A stretch of 63,974 nucleotides of DNA, the filler included, from an uncultured bacterium (GTDB taxonomy: Bacteria > Hinthialibacterota > Hinthialibacteria > Hinthialibacterales > Hinthialibacteraceae), in the NCBI GenBank assembly GCA_964449065.1. It is 5 parts of 5 records of this genome, joined end to end, with 100 filler letters (N's around TTAATTAATTAA, not from the genome) between each part and the next. Parts side by side here need not be neighbours in the genome. Positions count along the whole stretch, not along the records: positions 1 to 14,401 come from CAYVAZ010000116.1; positions 14,502 to 28,896 come from CAYVAZ010000117.1; 3 more parts are not named here. One strand, written 5' to 3'. A model generated the notes under the pieces. It had not been told where the DNA came from. It ran no database searches and saw only the letters and a list, made by a program, of their open reading frames with translations. The position numbers and the translations under genes were made by a program. Every line of letters starts with the position of its first letter. Position 1 is the first letter of the stretch. Positions 10,032-19,351 of this stretch are shown here, one piece after another.

Positions 10032-10417
10032 TTAATATTGAAAAGTTTCAAAAAGCAGTTATTGAAATGGATCCTAAATTTGGACCGTTCGATTTATTTG
10101 CTCTTTTTTTAAGATCAAATGCACCAGGAGTATGGGATTTAGTCGTATCATCCCATTATTTAGAACAGGGAAAAATGAAAGGATTAAGTGAATTTGTTGA
10201 TGATTTGGATAAATTAATTGGTGAAGAAGAATTCGCTAAAATTTCCAGCATATACACGATGGAGCACGATAGTGAAGGGTTGCAAATCATCCTGCGCAAA
10301 GTGGGGAAAGTAGACGGTATTAAAGAAATACGTGATGAAAGATTCTACCAAGTAGAAGTGGAACGCGGGTATGTTCTCAAAGCCAATACGGATTTGCTGC
10401 AGGTGGAGAACGTGTAG
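10028..10417 (+). CDS. Hypothetical protein coupled to the HEPN gene (possible antitoxin)
   Basis: 4-nt overlap with the HEPN stop; FALFLR...WDLVVS segment; similar low GC. Confidence 0.65.
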   Translation: MINIEKFQKAVIEMDPKFGPFDLFALFLRSNAPGVWDLVVSSHYLEQGKMKGLSEFVDDLDKLIGEEEFAKISSIYTMEHDSEGLQIILRKVGKVDGIKEIRDERFYQVEVERGYVLKANTDLLQVENV

Positions 10418-10441
10418 GTATCACCACGTGGAGAATTCAAT

Positions 10442-10606
10442 ATGGAATACCGGGTAGTTTTGATTGAAAGCGAAGAGGGATTTTCCGTGAGATGTCCGGC
10501 TTTGAATGGATGTCATTCTCAGAGCAATCCAAAAAACGCATTTACGATGAGCTCAATCGCATCAGACGCCGGTTTCACAAAAAAAGAATTCAAAGAATTG
10601 TTATAA
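10442..10606 (+). pseudogene. hicB'-'hicA in-frame deletion fusion (toxin-antitoxin remnant)
   Basis: Manual translation gives MEYRVVLIESEEGFSVRCPALNGCHSQ (HicB-like N-terminus) followed by SNPKNAFTMSSIASDAGFTKKEFKELL (HicA-like C-terminus); 54 aa; GGAGA RBS. Confidence 0.7.
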
Positions 10607-11059
10607 ACTGATATTCACCACTTGCGGTTCCGGTTTCTTCTCATCCCCGCACGACTTTTTCTTGTTGGAGACACAGGCGCAGGCGCCGTTGGTTTTTTCG
10701 CAGGTGTTGCCGTCGCCTTTGGTCATGCAGCCGCCGCCTTCTCCGTCGCTGCCGCAGCCGCTTTTGCCGCGGCCTTTGTTGGGATTAAAGAGAATAAAGC
10801 CGGCATCGTCTTCTACTTCCACCCAATCGATAATGGATCCGGCGACATAATCCAAGCTGGTGATATCCGTATAAATCAGTTGCCCTTCATAATCAATGGC
10901 AACATCATCCGCGGCACGGAAGTCATCCAGGCCGATGAAGTATTTCAATCCGGCGCAATCGCCGCCCAGCACCGCTATGCGAAGAGCCGCGTGAGGACGG
11001 TTTTGGTCTGATTTGAGTCTTTTTATGATGGCGACCGATTTTTGGCTGAGTGTGATCAT
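10601..11059 (-). CDS. HesB/IscA-family Fe-S cluster assembly accessory protein with Cys/Gly-rich tail
   Basis: LRIAVLGGDCAGLKY, YVAGSIIDW and FNPN...SGCGS motifs. Confidence 0.85.
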   Translation of the reverse strand: MITLSQKSVAIIKRLKSDQNRPHAALRIAVLGGDCAGLKYFIGLDDFRAADDVAIDYEGQLIYTDITSLDYVAGSIIDWVEVEDDAGFILFNPNKGRGKSGCGSDGEGGGCMTKGDGNTCEKTNGACACVSNKKKSCGDEKKPEPQVVNISL

Positions 11060-11700
11060 ATCGTTTCGGCTCGGCTGGAGCCTTACCCTCCCATGGGGGT
11101 TATAAAAATCTTTGATGGGTTTTGCAACGACTTTTTCCCATTAGAGTGTTTATCATAGTGATTGTCATAGTGATTGTCAAAAGTATGTTCTGAGTACAAA
11201 TCATGTCGTCACGCACCGGCTGGAAGCCAACGCTTCCTAAAAAAACATACTTTGGAAAGCCCTTTCTAATAGATGGTAATGGATTGAAATAAAAAAGAAA
11301 GGGAATCTTTTCAAATCGCATTTCTTTGCTACACAGGATTGTGAACGATTTACTTTTGATTTAACTGTTGGTTTGGCCAAGTTCCCAAGCGGGAACATTG
11401 GCACCGTTGCATTTGAACTCAACCCTCAATGCAGGACCGCCGAAAACGGCAACGGCATCTTTTTCGCCATTAATTTACCCCGGGCTGCACAATCCTATTC
11501 CGTAGTGTAAACGATTTATTGTACACGCAACCATACGGTTTAATTGAATTGTTCTGCCCGTTCGGCTTGGCTGCCATTGGAACTCACTCAGATTATTTTT
11601 CTTAAACCAATGGCATCGGCTTCTGGAGATTGAATCTCTAGCCAAGGCAAACATTCTGTGCGAAGGTAAGGTGATTTCTAAACTATTGGGTAATGATAAA

Positions 11701-13446
11701 ATGAATACTGGAAAACATTTTCTGTGGATGTTCTTTCTAACTAGCATTCTGATCCAACTTTCGTATTCGCGGCAATCGGCTGATTTCCTTTTCCGCAACG
11801 GCAAAGTCATCACCGTTGATGAAGTCTTCAGCGTCCAACAAGCAGTGGCCATACAAGACAACCGCATTCTTGCCGTTGGATCCAATAAAGAGGTTCAATC
11901 CTACAAGAATGGCCGCACCAAGGTGATCGATTTGCAAGGCAAAACTGTCATGCCGGGTTTGATCGATTCCCACGTCCATGCGGCGGCGGCATCGGCCATT
12001 GAGTTCGATCATACCGTGCCGGAAATGGATTCCATCAGCGATGTGCGGGATTACATCCGCAGCCGCGCCCAAGCGCTGCCTGATGGCGAGTGGATTTGGA
12101 TCGCCCAAGTGTTTTTGACCCGGTTAAAAGAAGGGCGCTACCCCACCAAGGCCGAACTCGATGAAGCCGCCCCCAATCACCCCGTTGTGTTCCGTACCGG
12201 GCCGGATGCATCGGTCAATTCTCTCGCGCTTGAACGCAGCGGAATCGGCAAAGGCTGGGAAGTGGATGACGGCGGCCCCGGCTATATCGAAACCGACCCC
12301 CAAACCGGTGAACCCACCGGAATCCTGCGTGGCTGCACACGCTATCTGAACTACAAATCCCCGCTGAAAGAACCAACAAAACAAGACCGCATTGCACTGA
12401 TGAAACAATTAATGGCCGATTACAACAGCGTCGGCATCACCGGCATCGCCGAACGAAACTCCAACCAAAATCACATCGAAATGTACCGTGTCCTGCGCGA
12501 TACCGGCGATTTGACCACCCGCGTCTATCTATCACTGGGCGTAAACACCATTGCCCCGGATGAACAATTGCAAAAGCAAATCGAAAGTGTAACCGAATTG
12601 CCGGAATACAAATCCGGCGAATGGTTCAACATCCGGGCGATTAAAGTGTTTATGGACGGCGGTATGCTGACCGGCAGCGCCTATATGACCAAACCGTGGG
12701 GCGTGAGTGAGTTTTACAACATCCAAGACCCTGCATACCGCGGCATCCGCAATATCCCCGAAGACAAATGGAACGTCATCGTGGAAGCCTGCATGAAGAA
12801 CGATGTTCAACTCACCGCGCATTGTGTGGGAGACGGGGCGGTACACGCCTTCATCGACGGATGCAAGGAAGTAAAAGACCAATATCCCATCCGTGAACGC
12901 CGCCCGGTCATTTGCCATTGCAACTTTATGACGCCATCGGCTATTGAACAAATGGCCGAACTCGGCATCAACGCCGATTTGCAGCCTGCCTGGCTTTATT
13001 TGGATTCCCGCACGCTCTTACAGCAATTCGGCTATGAGCGCATGGCCTGGTTTCAGCCGCTGCGTTCGCTCTTCGAACGGGGAGTCATCGCGGGGGGCGG
13101 CTCCGATCACATGCAAAAGATCGGGGCGGACCGCTCCATTAACTTTTACAATCCCTGGAAAGGCATGTGGGTGGCCATGACCCGCAACGCCAAATGGACG
13201 GATACCATTGTGCGCGAAGAACACGCTCTTTCGCGCATAGAAGCCATCCGCTTCTATACCATCAACAACGCCTACCTGCTTTTTGCCGAAGACGAACGCG
13301 GCTCACTCGAACCGGGCAAACTCGCTGACTTTATCGTTTTGGATAAAGACATTTTAACCTGCCCGCTGGATGACATCCCAAACATGAAAGTGCTACAAAC
13401 ATACGTGGATGGGAAAATCGTTTACAATAGGGAAGGCAGGGGGTAG
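11701..13446 (+). CDS. Secreted amidohydrolase (YtcJ-like, amidohydrolase_3)
   Basis: Signal-like N-terminus; PGLIDSHVH, KVFMDG, HCVGDGA, GGSDH and GSLEPGKLADF motifs. Confidence 0.92.
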   Translation: MNTGKHFLWMFFLTSILIQLSYSRQSADFLFRNGKVITVDEVFSVQQAVAIQDNRILAVGSNKEVQSYKNGRTKVIDLQGKTVMPGLIDSHVHAAAASAIEFDHTVPEMDSISDVRDYIRSRAQALPDGEWIWIAQVFLTRLKEGRYPTKAELDEAAPNHPVVFRTGPDASVNSLALERSGIGKGWEVDDGGPGYIETDPQTGEPTGILRGCTRYLNYKSPLKEPTKQDRIALMKQLMADYNSVGITGIAERNSNQNHIEMYRVLRDTGDLTTRVYLSLGVNTIAPDEQLQKQIESVTELPEYKSGEWFNIRAIKVFMDGGMLTGSAYMTKPWGVSEFYNIQDPAYRGIRNIPEDKWNVIVEACMKNDVQLTAHCVGDGAVHAFIDGCKEVKDQYPIRERRPVICHCNFMTPSAIEQMAELGINADLQPAWLYLDSRTLLQQFGYERMAWFQPLRSLFERGVIAGGGSDHMQKIGADRSINFYNPWKGMWVAMTRNAKWTDTIVREEHALSRIEAIRFYTINNAYLLFAEDERGSLEPGKLADFIVLDKDILTCPLDDIPNMKVLQTYVDGKIVYNREGRG

Positions 13447-13763
13447 AGATGAGGGATTGGAGATTAGTGAATCATCGGTAATAAAGCGGATAAACATATA
13501 CGCGCACAAATAGCAAAGATGTGATTCTTTTTATTCGCCTGCATTCGCGGTTAAGAATAATTTGCATAACATACGTTTATGAATGTCTTGAAAATTACGG
13601 TCTGGATGGTCTATTTAAAGAAGGCAAGCATCCGTTTATGATTACAACTGAAATACGAATCGCGACACCGAATCCACATCAATCGGATATCCGTATGGAT
13701 CTTCTTTCAAGAAATTTAACACAAACCTATATGACCAAAGACAAGTGGTTGCAAGAGTGACAA

Positions 13764-14401
13764 ATGATGCCGCGTAGTTTGGTTTTTATTTCGCTTATAC
13801 TGTATACGATTCCGTTCGCGTTCTCTCAAACGCTTGATTACAGCCAAGCCATTGAAAACGCCCGCGCGGCGGAAGCACGCTATAACTATGCCGGCGCGTT
13901 AAAATGGTACAAAACCGCATGGGAAATTGACCCATCGAATGTTGATGTGCTGGTTTCCATCTCCAAACAACTCACCGGACTCGAACGCCTGGATGAAGCG
14001 CGCGATACCTTTATACGAGTCTTGGAAATCGAGCCTCACCACGCGGAAGCCCATACCTTCCTCGCCATCTATTACGAAAAGTTTGCGGATCAATTTGATC
14101 TGGCCGAACGGCATTACCTCGCCGCTATCGAGTCGGATAAGGATTATGCACGCCCCCGAAAACTGTTGTGTCAATTGCTGATTCAATTACGAAAGTTGGA
14201 TGAAGCGAAGGATCAGGCAAACGCCTTGATCAACAAATTCCCTCAGCAGTATGAAGGGTATGCCTATCTAGGAAGCATTCATTTAAAACAAGGAAATATC
14301 ACCGCAGCTATAGCCCAGCTGAAACAAGCCGTATCCCTCGCGCGAAACGAGCCGGAACCCTACCGATGGCTGGGCCAAGCGCTCGCCCGTGACGGCAAAC
14401 G
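13764..14401 (+). CDS. TPR-repeat protein with signal peptide (truncated by contig end)
   Basis: Repeated A..Y..A...DP/EP..A helices; ORF runs into the N linker. Confidence 0.85.
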
Positions 14402-14501
14402 NNNNNNNNNNNNNNNNNNNNNNNNNNNNNNNNNNNNNNNNNNNNTTAATTAATTAANNNNNNNNNNNNNNNNNNNNNNNNNNNNNNNNNNNNNNNNNNN
14501 N
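14402..14501. other. Artificial contig linker (N44-TTAATTAATTAA-N44)
   Basis: Six-frame-stop spacer, repeated identically at 28897, 43380 and 57756. Confidence 0.99.
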
Positions 14502-14507
14502 AAACAC

Positions 14508-14556
14508 TGGCGGTCCGAGGAGGATTCGAACCCCCGACCCCTTGATTCGTAGTCAA
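14508..14556 (-). tRNA. 3' fragment of tRNA-Arg(ACG); att core of the integrative element, not a complete tRNA
   Basis: The minus strand reads TTGA-CTACGAA-TCAAG-GGGTC-GGGGG-TTCGAAT-CCTCC-TCGGACC-G-CCA (anticodon arm, T arm, acceptor 3' strand, CCA). No D arm or 5' acceptor strand lies upstream. It is ~180 nt from the integrase. Confidence 0.88.
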
Positions 14557-14660
14557 TTCCAGCGGGTTTCTCGCAACCACGCTACACCTCTCGCAATCTC
14601 TATAAACACATGGTTTTATTGACATTATAAGACCGGCGCGCTTTCATGCTCTTCTCGCGG

Positions 14661-14714
14661 GCTCACCCGATTTCGCGCTTTTCTGCTTACCCCGTGCTTA
14701 CCCACCGCTTACCC
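14661..14714 (+). repeat. GCTTACCC x3 at 11-bp period plus a GCTCACCC variant; candidate integrase arm-binding sites
   Basis: Copies at 14685, 14696 and 14707, variant at 14661; located between the att core and the integrase start. Confidence 0.65.
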
Positions 14715-14734
14715 GAACATGAAACGGCCTCACC

Positions 14735-15940
14735 ATGCCCCGCCAGAAACTCACCAAATCCGTCGTCGATCGCCTCGCGCCGGCCGAGCACGAAATCGTG
14801 GTCTGGGACAGCGCTCTTCCGGGCTTTGGTGTGCGGCTGAAACCCAACGGCGCGAAGAGCTACGTCGTCCAGTATCGCAATCGCGAGACAGGTGCCTCGC
14901 GCCGCAAGACCATCGGCCAGAGCGGGCCGCTCATGACCTTCCATCAGGCGCGCGAACAGGCACGCCTTGTCCTCGCCGCAGCGCTCACTGGCGGCGACCC
15001 GGTTGATGAGGCGAGGATGCGGCGCAAGGCGCCAACAGTGTCTGACCTCGCCGCAGACTACCTCGAGAAGCACGCCCATGCGAAGAAGCGCCCCGCCTGC
15101 GCGGCAGCCGATGAAGGCATGCTCCGGCTTCACATCCTGCCGCGCATCGGCAAGCAGAAAGTCGATGATGTGAGCCCGCGCGACATCCATGCGATCCATG
15201 TTGCCATGAAGGCCACACCGCATAATGCCAACCGCGTCCTCTCCCTGCTCTCGAAGATGTTCAATCTTGCAATCCGCTGGGGCTGGCGCGCAGACAATCC
15301 AGCTACTGGCATCACACGCTATCATGAAGAGCCGCGCGACCGCTGGCTATCGAGGGACGAGCTTGCCCGCCTGCTTGCCGCCCTCGATGAACATCCTCAT
15401 CAGCTCGCTGCAAACGCCATCCGATTCCAGCTTCTCACCGGCGCGCGCATCGGCGAGGTGCTCAAGGCCGAATGGAAGGACATCGACGTCGAGCGCGGCG
15501 TCTGGCGCAAGCCTTCCCACCACACCAAACAGAAGCGCACCGAACACCTGCCGCTCTCGCGCCCGGCCCTCACCCTTGTCTTGGCAATGCGCGAGGAGGC
15601 CGGCGCCGAGCCCTTCCTCTTTCCGGGCGATGCACCGGACAAGCCGCTTCAGAACCTCAAACGCTTCTGGAAATCGGTGACGAAACTGGCCGAGCTCAGA
15701 GATTACCGGATCCACGACAACCGCCACACCCACGCCTCGCACCTGGTCTCCAGCGGCCTCAGCCTCGAAATCGTCGGTCGCCTGCTGGGACACACCAACC
15801 CCGCCACGACACGGCGCTATGCACATCTGGCAGATGATCCTCTCAGAGCGGCTGCGGATCGATTTGGGGAGCTAGTCGCAGCAGCGCCTGACGCATCATC
15901 GTCCAACTCATCTGACGAAAAAGGGGCCACCCGTAGGTGA
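14735..15940 (+). CDS. int: Tyrosine recombinase/integrase (P4-like, arm-binding N-terminal domain)
   Basis: WDSALPGFGVRL arm domain; catalytic-type motifs TGARIGE, HHTK, HDNRHTHAS and LLGHT...TTRRYAH. Confidence 0.96.
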   Translation: MPRQKLTKSVVDRLAPAEHEIVVWDSALPGFGVRLKPNGAKSYVVQYRNRETGASRRKTIGQSGPLMTFHQAREQARLVLAAALTGGDPVDEARMRRKAPTVSDLAADYLEKHAHAKKRPACAAADEGMLRLHILPRIGKQKVDDVSPRDIHAIHVAMKATPHNANRVLSLLSKMFNLAIRWGWRADNPATGITRYHEEPRDRWLSRDELARLLAALDEHPHQLAANAIRFQLLTGARIGEVLKAEWKDIDVERGVWRKPSHHTKQKRTEHLPLSRPALTLVLAMREEAGAEPFLFPGDAPDKPLQNLKRFWKSVTKLAELRDYRIHDNRHTHASHLVSSGLSLEIVGRLLGHTNPATTRRYAHLADDPLRAAADRFGELVAAAPDASSSNSSDEKGATRR

Positions 15941-16013
15941 CCCCCGCATTTCGTGGACCTTCCAAAGGAAGTCCTTGTTAACGGAAAGTCCGACTTTTCC
16001 AGAGTGCTAGAAA
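15918..16013 (-). ncRNA. tracrRNA
   Basis: Minus-strand anti-repeat TAGCACTCTGGAAAAGTCGGACTTTCCGTTAAC (16009-15977) pairs with the minus-strand repeat. It is followed by AAGG, a hairpin (GGACTTCC...GAAGGTCC) and a terminator GGGGTCACC-TACG-GGTGGCCCC-TTTTT. The 5' end is approximate. Confidence 0.9.
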
Positions 16014-16122
16014 TGCCTAGATACGTTGTGCGCTTTCGATTGATTTGTAAATACCACTCGGCGCATCTTTGGCTTGCGCGTCCCCACAATTGTTTTCTAG
16101 CATCTCCTAAAGGGAGACGAGC

Positions 16123-19100
16123 ATGCGTTACAGGCTGGGAATTGATCTGGGCACGAATTCGATCGGTTGGGCCGCAATCCAGCTTTCTGACGAACTTCAA
16201 CCGAGGCAGTTGATGGATCTAGGCGTGCGGATTTTTTCCGACGCGCGCAATCCAAAGGACAAGGCTTCAAATGCGGCAAAGCGCCGAGAGCCAAGAGGAA
16301 TGCGCCGAAATAGGGATCGGCGAATTCAGCGCAGCGAGCGGCTCATGAATGCGCTGATCCGGGCAGGATTGATGCCGGGCGCCCAATTGGAGCGAAAGGC
16401 GCTGGAAGAGTTGGACCCATGGGTCCTGCGGGCGCAGGGGCTGGAGACCCGTTTGAGCCCCGGCGAAATCGCACGGGCGATTCTCCACCTCAGCCTGCGC
16501 AGGGGCTTCAAGTCCAATCGCAAAACGGATGGTGATGAGGATGGCGCCGTTTACGCTGCGATCGAAGCAGCGCGAATGAGAATGGCCTCAGCCAGCGCAA
16601 GGACACTTGGTGAACTCTACGGACGCCCCAGAATTGAGGCACGCGAGCAGAATAAGAATGCCTCGAAGGGCAAGGGAAAGCCCATGCCGCAGGCGCGGGT
16701 GAAACCTCGCAGCGAAGGCAGCAAGCTCTCCTATGACTACTACCCCGAAAGGGCGATGATCCTTGATGAGTTCGATCAGATCTGGGCGGCGCAGGCACCG
16801 TTCCACGCGGAGATCATGACCGAGGAATCGCGTCAACAAATCAGGGGCATAATTGAACACCAGCGGCCCCTGAAACCCCAACGTGCAGGAAAATGCTCTT
16901 TCCTGCCTCACCTGCCCCGCGCACCAAAAGCCTTGCCAAGCGCTCAATATGCCCGTGTCCTTCAGGAGGTGAACAATCTCAGGGTGGGCGCAGTAGGCGA
17001 AAATGATCGCGTACTCACGCCAGACGAACGGGGTCGCCTCATTCAGTTTTTGATGTTGCCAAGTTCGAAGACGGCGCGACGCACATTCAAGGCAATACGG
17101 AGGCTCATTAACCTTCCTGACTCGCAAGTCTTCAATCTTGAAAGTCGCAAGCGGGACCATCTCGTAGGTGACGAAACAGCCGGCCGCCTTTCACAGCAAG
17201 ATGCCTGGGGACCGGACTGGCTTTCCATCGAACGATCGCTTCAGGACGAAATCGTCCTGAAACTTCTTGATACCGAGCAGCGCAAAGACATTGTTCGATG
17301 GCTTAGCGAACGACATGGCTTGGACAAGTCCCGTACTGAAGCTGTCGCAAACGTTCGGCTGAGCGACAGACACAGCCGACTTTCGGCTGAAGCCCTGGCA
17401 CAGATCATTCCACGCATGGAAAACGGCATGCGCTACGATGAGGCGGCAACCGACGCATTCAGAGACCATCGCGCGCTGGGCGATGGCGAAATTCATGACG
17501 AAGCTTTGCCTTATTATGGCGAGGTGCTGTCGCGCCATACAGCCTTTGAGAAAGACCCGCCCGAAACCGGCGAAGACACCCGCAACGCTGAAGAAAGGTA
17601 TGGCCGCGTCGCCAACCCGACGGTGCATGTTGCTCTGAACGAGCTGCGAAAGGTCATCAATGACCTGATCCGGCGATGGGGTCCGCCCAGCGAAGTGGTG
17701 CTGGAACTTGCCCGTGACTTGCCGCTGTCCAGTAAGGGCTTGAGCGAATTAGAAAAAACACAAAAAGAAAATCAGACGAAAAACGAGGCCCGCCACAGAG
17801 AGCTGGAAACCCTAAAAGTCTCCGACACCTATGAAAACCGTCTGAAACTGAGGCTCTACGAAGAGGCATTGGAATGTTTCGGTGGGACGGCACAATGCGT
17901 GTTCTCGGGCACGCCAATCTCACTCACCTCGCTTTTCACCGCCTATATCGAGATAGAGCACATCCTGCCGCTTTCACGGACTTGGGACGACAGCTTTGCC
18001 AACAAGGTGCTCTCGACCCGCGCAGCGAACGGCCTCAAGAAGAACAACACACCCTTTGAAGCTTTCGGAAAAGAACAAGATCCATTCGACTGGGAAGAAA
18101 TCAGTCAGCGCGCAAAGGACCTGCCGAGAAACAAGTCTTGGCGCTTTGCGCCTGACGCCATGGAGAAATGGGAAGAGCGCGGCGGTGACTTCCTGGCCCG
18201 CCAGCTCAACGACACGCGGTATATTTCGCGGCTGGGGAAAACCTTTGTCGAAGCCCTGTTTGGCGGCGAGGGCAGCAAGGGCCAGGATCGCCGGGTCTGG
18301 GTTGTGCCGGGCCGCCTCACCGCCGATCTCCGTCACTATGCGGGTTTCAATTCGCTGAGTGGTTTCACCGATACCAATCAGAAAGACCGCACGGACCATC
18401 GTCACCATGCTGTCGATGCGCTTGTTGTCGCTCTGACGGATCAATCCATGCTGAAGCGTGCCGCTGATCTCGCCAAGCGTGAGGACAGGGTGGCACACTA
18501 TGAAATCATGCAGGCCATGGCTGAGCCGCTCAAACGCTATCGCCGTTCAGCCGAGGATCGTTTGGCAAAACTGATCGTTTCACACAAGCCAGACCACGGC
18601 TTTCAATCGGGCATGCATAATGACACCGCCTACGGAGTAACCGGCCAGACAGACGAAAAGCGCCAGCCAATCCTTGTCACACGCAAACCACTTGAATCGC
18701 TGAAGCCGGAAAACTTGGTGAACATAGTCGATCCTGAGCTACGGCGACAGTTCGCATACGCCACTGCAGGGCTGAGCGACAATGCCTTTAAGGAAGCGTT
18801 GAGCCGCGCGGGCAGGTCGATGACCCCGCCGGTTTATAAGGTGCGGCTGACGACGCCCATGAAGCCGACGAGTTTCGTCACAATTCGCCATGGCCCGGAC
18901 GGGCGACATGCCAAGGCTTACAAGACAGACGGCAATTATTGCTATGACATCTTTATGGGCAAGAAAGGGAATTGGGATGGCGAGGTCATCACCACCTACG
19001 AGGCATACCAGCGTGCGCAGCAAGACCCCGACTGGTGGCGAAAGTTGGAAAGGTCAGACGGTGCCCCGCTAATCATGCGCATCCGCAAGGGCGATATGCT

Positions 19101-19317
19101 TGGAGTTGATGATGATGAAAAGCGGACGGTCGTCGTTGTCTACAAGTTCTCCAAAGGCAAGGTGAATATGGCGGACCACCATGAAGCGAATGCATCGGCT
19201 CGCATTCGGGCCGGAGAGCTTCAGGGATACCAGATGTCGCCGTCATCTTTGCAAAACGCAAATGCTGTTCGTCTCAGCGTAAGCCCTACCGGAACGGTCA
19301 GACGTCACAAGGTATGA
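16123..19317 (+). CDS. cas9: Type II-C CRISPR endonuclease Cas9 (1064 aa)
   Basis: RuvC-I LGIDLGTNSIGWA, Arg-rich bridge helix, RRGFKSNRK, RuvC-II VVLELARD, HNH IEHILPLSRTWDDSFANKV, RQLNDTRY, RuvC-III HHAVDA; no csn2 or cas4 in the locus. Confidence 0.98.
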   Translation: MRYRLGIDLGTNSIGWAAIQLSDELQPRQLMDLGVRIFSDARNPKDKASNAAKRREPRGMRRNRDRRIQRSERLMNALIRAGLMPGAQLERKALEELDPWVLRAQGLETRLSPGEIARAILHLSLRRGFKSNRKTDGDEDGAVYAAIEAARMRMASASARTLGELYGRPRIEAREQNKNASKGKGKPMPQARVKPRSEGSKLSYDYYPERAMILDEFDQIWAAQAPFHAEIMTEESRQQIRGIIEHQRPLKPQRAGKCSFLPHLPRAPKALPSAQYARVLQEVNNLRVGAVGENDRVLTPDERGRLIQFLMLPSSKTARRTFKAIRRLINLPDSQVFNLESRKRDHLVGDETAGRLSQQDAWGPDWLSIERSLQDEIVLKLLDTEQRKDIVRWLSERHGLDKSRTEAVANVRLSDRHSRLSAEALAQIIPRMENGMRYDEAATDAFRDHRALGDGEIHDEALPYYGEVLSRHTAFEKDPPETGEDTRNAEERYGRVANPTVHVALNELRKVINDLIRRWGPPSEVVLELARDLPLSSKGLSELEKTQKENQTKNEARHRELETLKVSDTYENRLKLRLYEEALECFGGTAQCVFSGTPISLTSLFTAYIEIEHILPLSRTWDDSFANKVLSTRAANGLKKNNTPFEAFGKEQDPFDWEEISQRAKDLPRNKSWRFAPDAMEKWEERGGDFLARQLNDTRYISRLGKTFVEALFGGEGSKGQDRRVWVVPGRLTADLRHYAGFNSLSGFTDTNQKDRTDHRHHAVDALVVALTDQSMLKRAADLAKREDRVAHYEIMQAMAEPLKRYRRSAEDRLAKLIVSHKPDHGFQSGMHNDTAYGVTGQTDEKRQPILVTRKPLESLKPENLVNIVDPELRRQFAYATAGLSDNAFKEALSRAGRSMTPPVYKVRLTTPMKPTSFVTIRHGPDGRHAKAYKTDGNYCYDIFMGKKGNWDGEVITTYEAYQRAQQDPDWWRKLERSDGAPLIMRIRKGDMLGVDDDEKRTVVVVYKFSKGKVNMADHHEANASARIRAGELQGYQMSPSSLQNANAVRLSVSPTGTVRRHKV

Positions 19318-19351
19318 GTTTTGCAGCTTCACCGTTTCGTAAGGTGGGGAC

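Noticed and set aside
14402..14501. TTAATTAATTAA palindromes, and apparent neighbourhoods across them (e.g. TPR gene beside the att site, TetR beside the sigma-54 activator)
   Set aside because: Artificial contig linkers; adjacency across them has no biological meaning.
14508..14590. Complete tRNA-Arg gene
   Set aside because: The D arm and 5' acceptor strand are absent; only the 3' half is present.
16005..16112. TGCTAGAAA/TTTCTAGCA inverted match between the tracr 5' region and the putative cas9 promoter, suggesting tracr-L-style autorepression
   Set aside because: Only 9 nt, and not positioned 5' of a convincing repeat mimic; too weak to claim.
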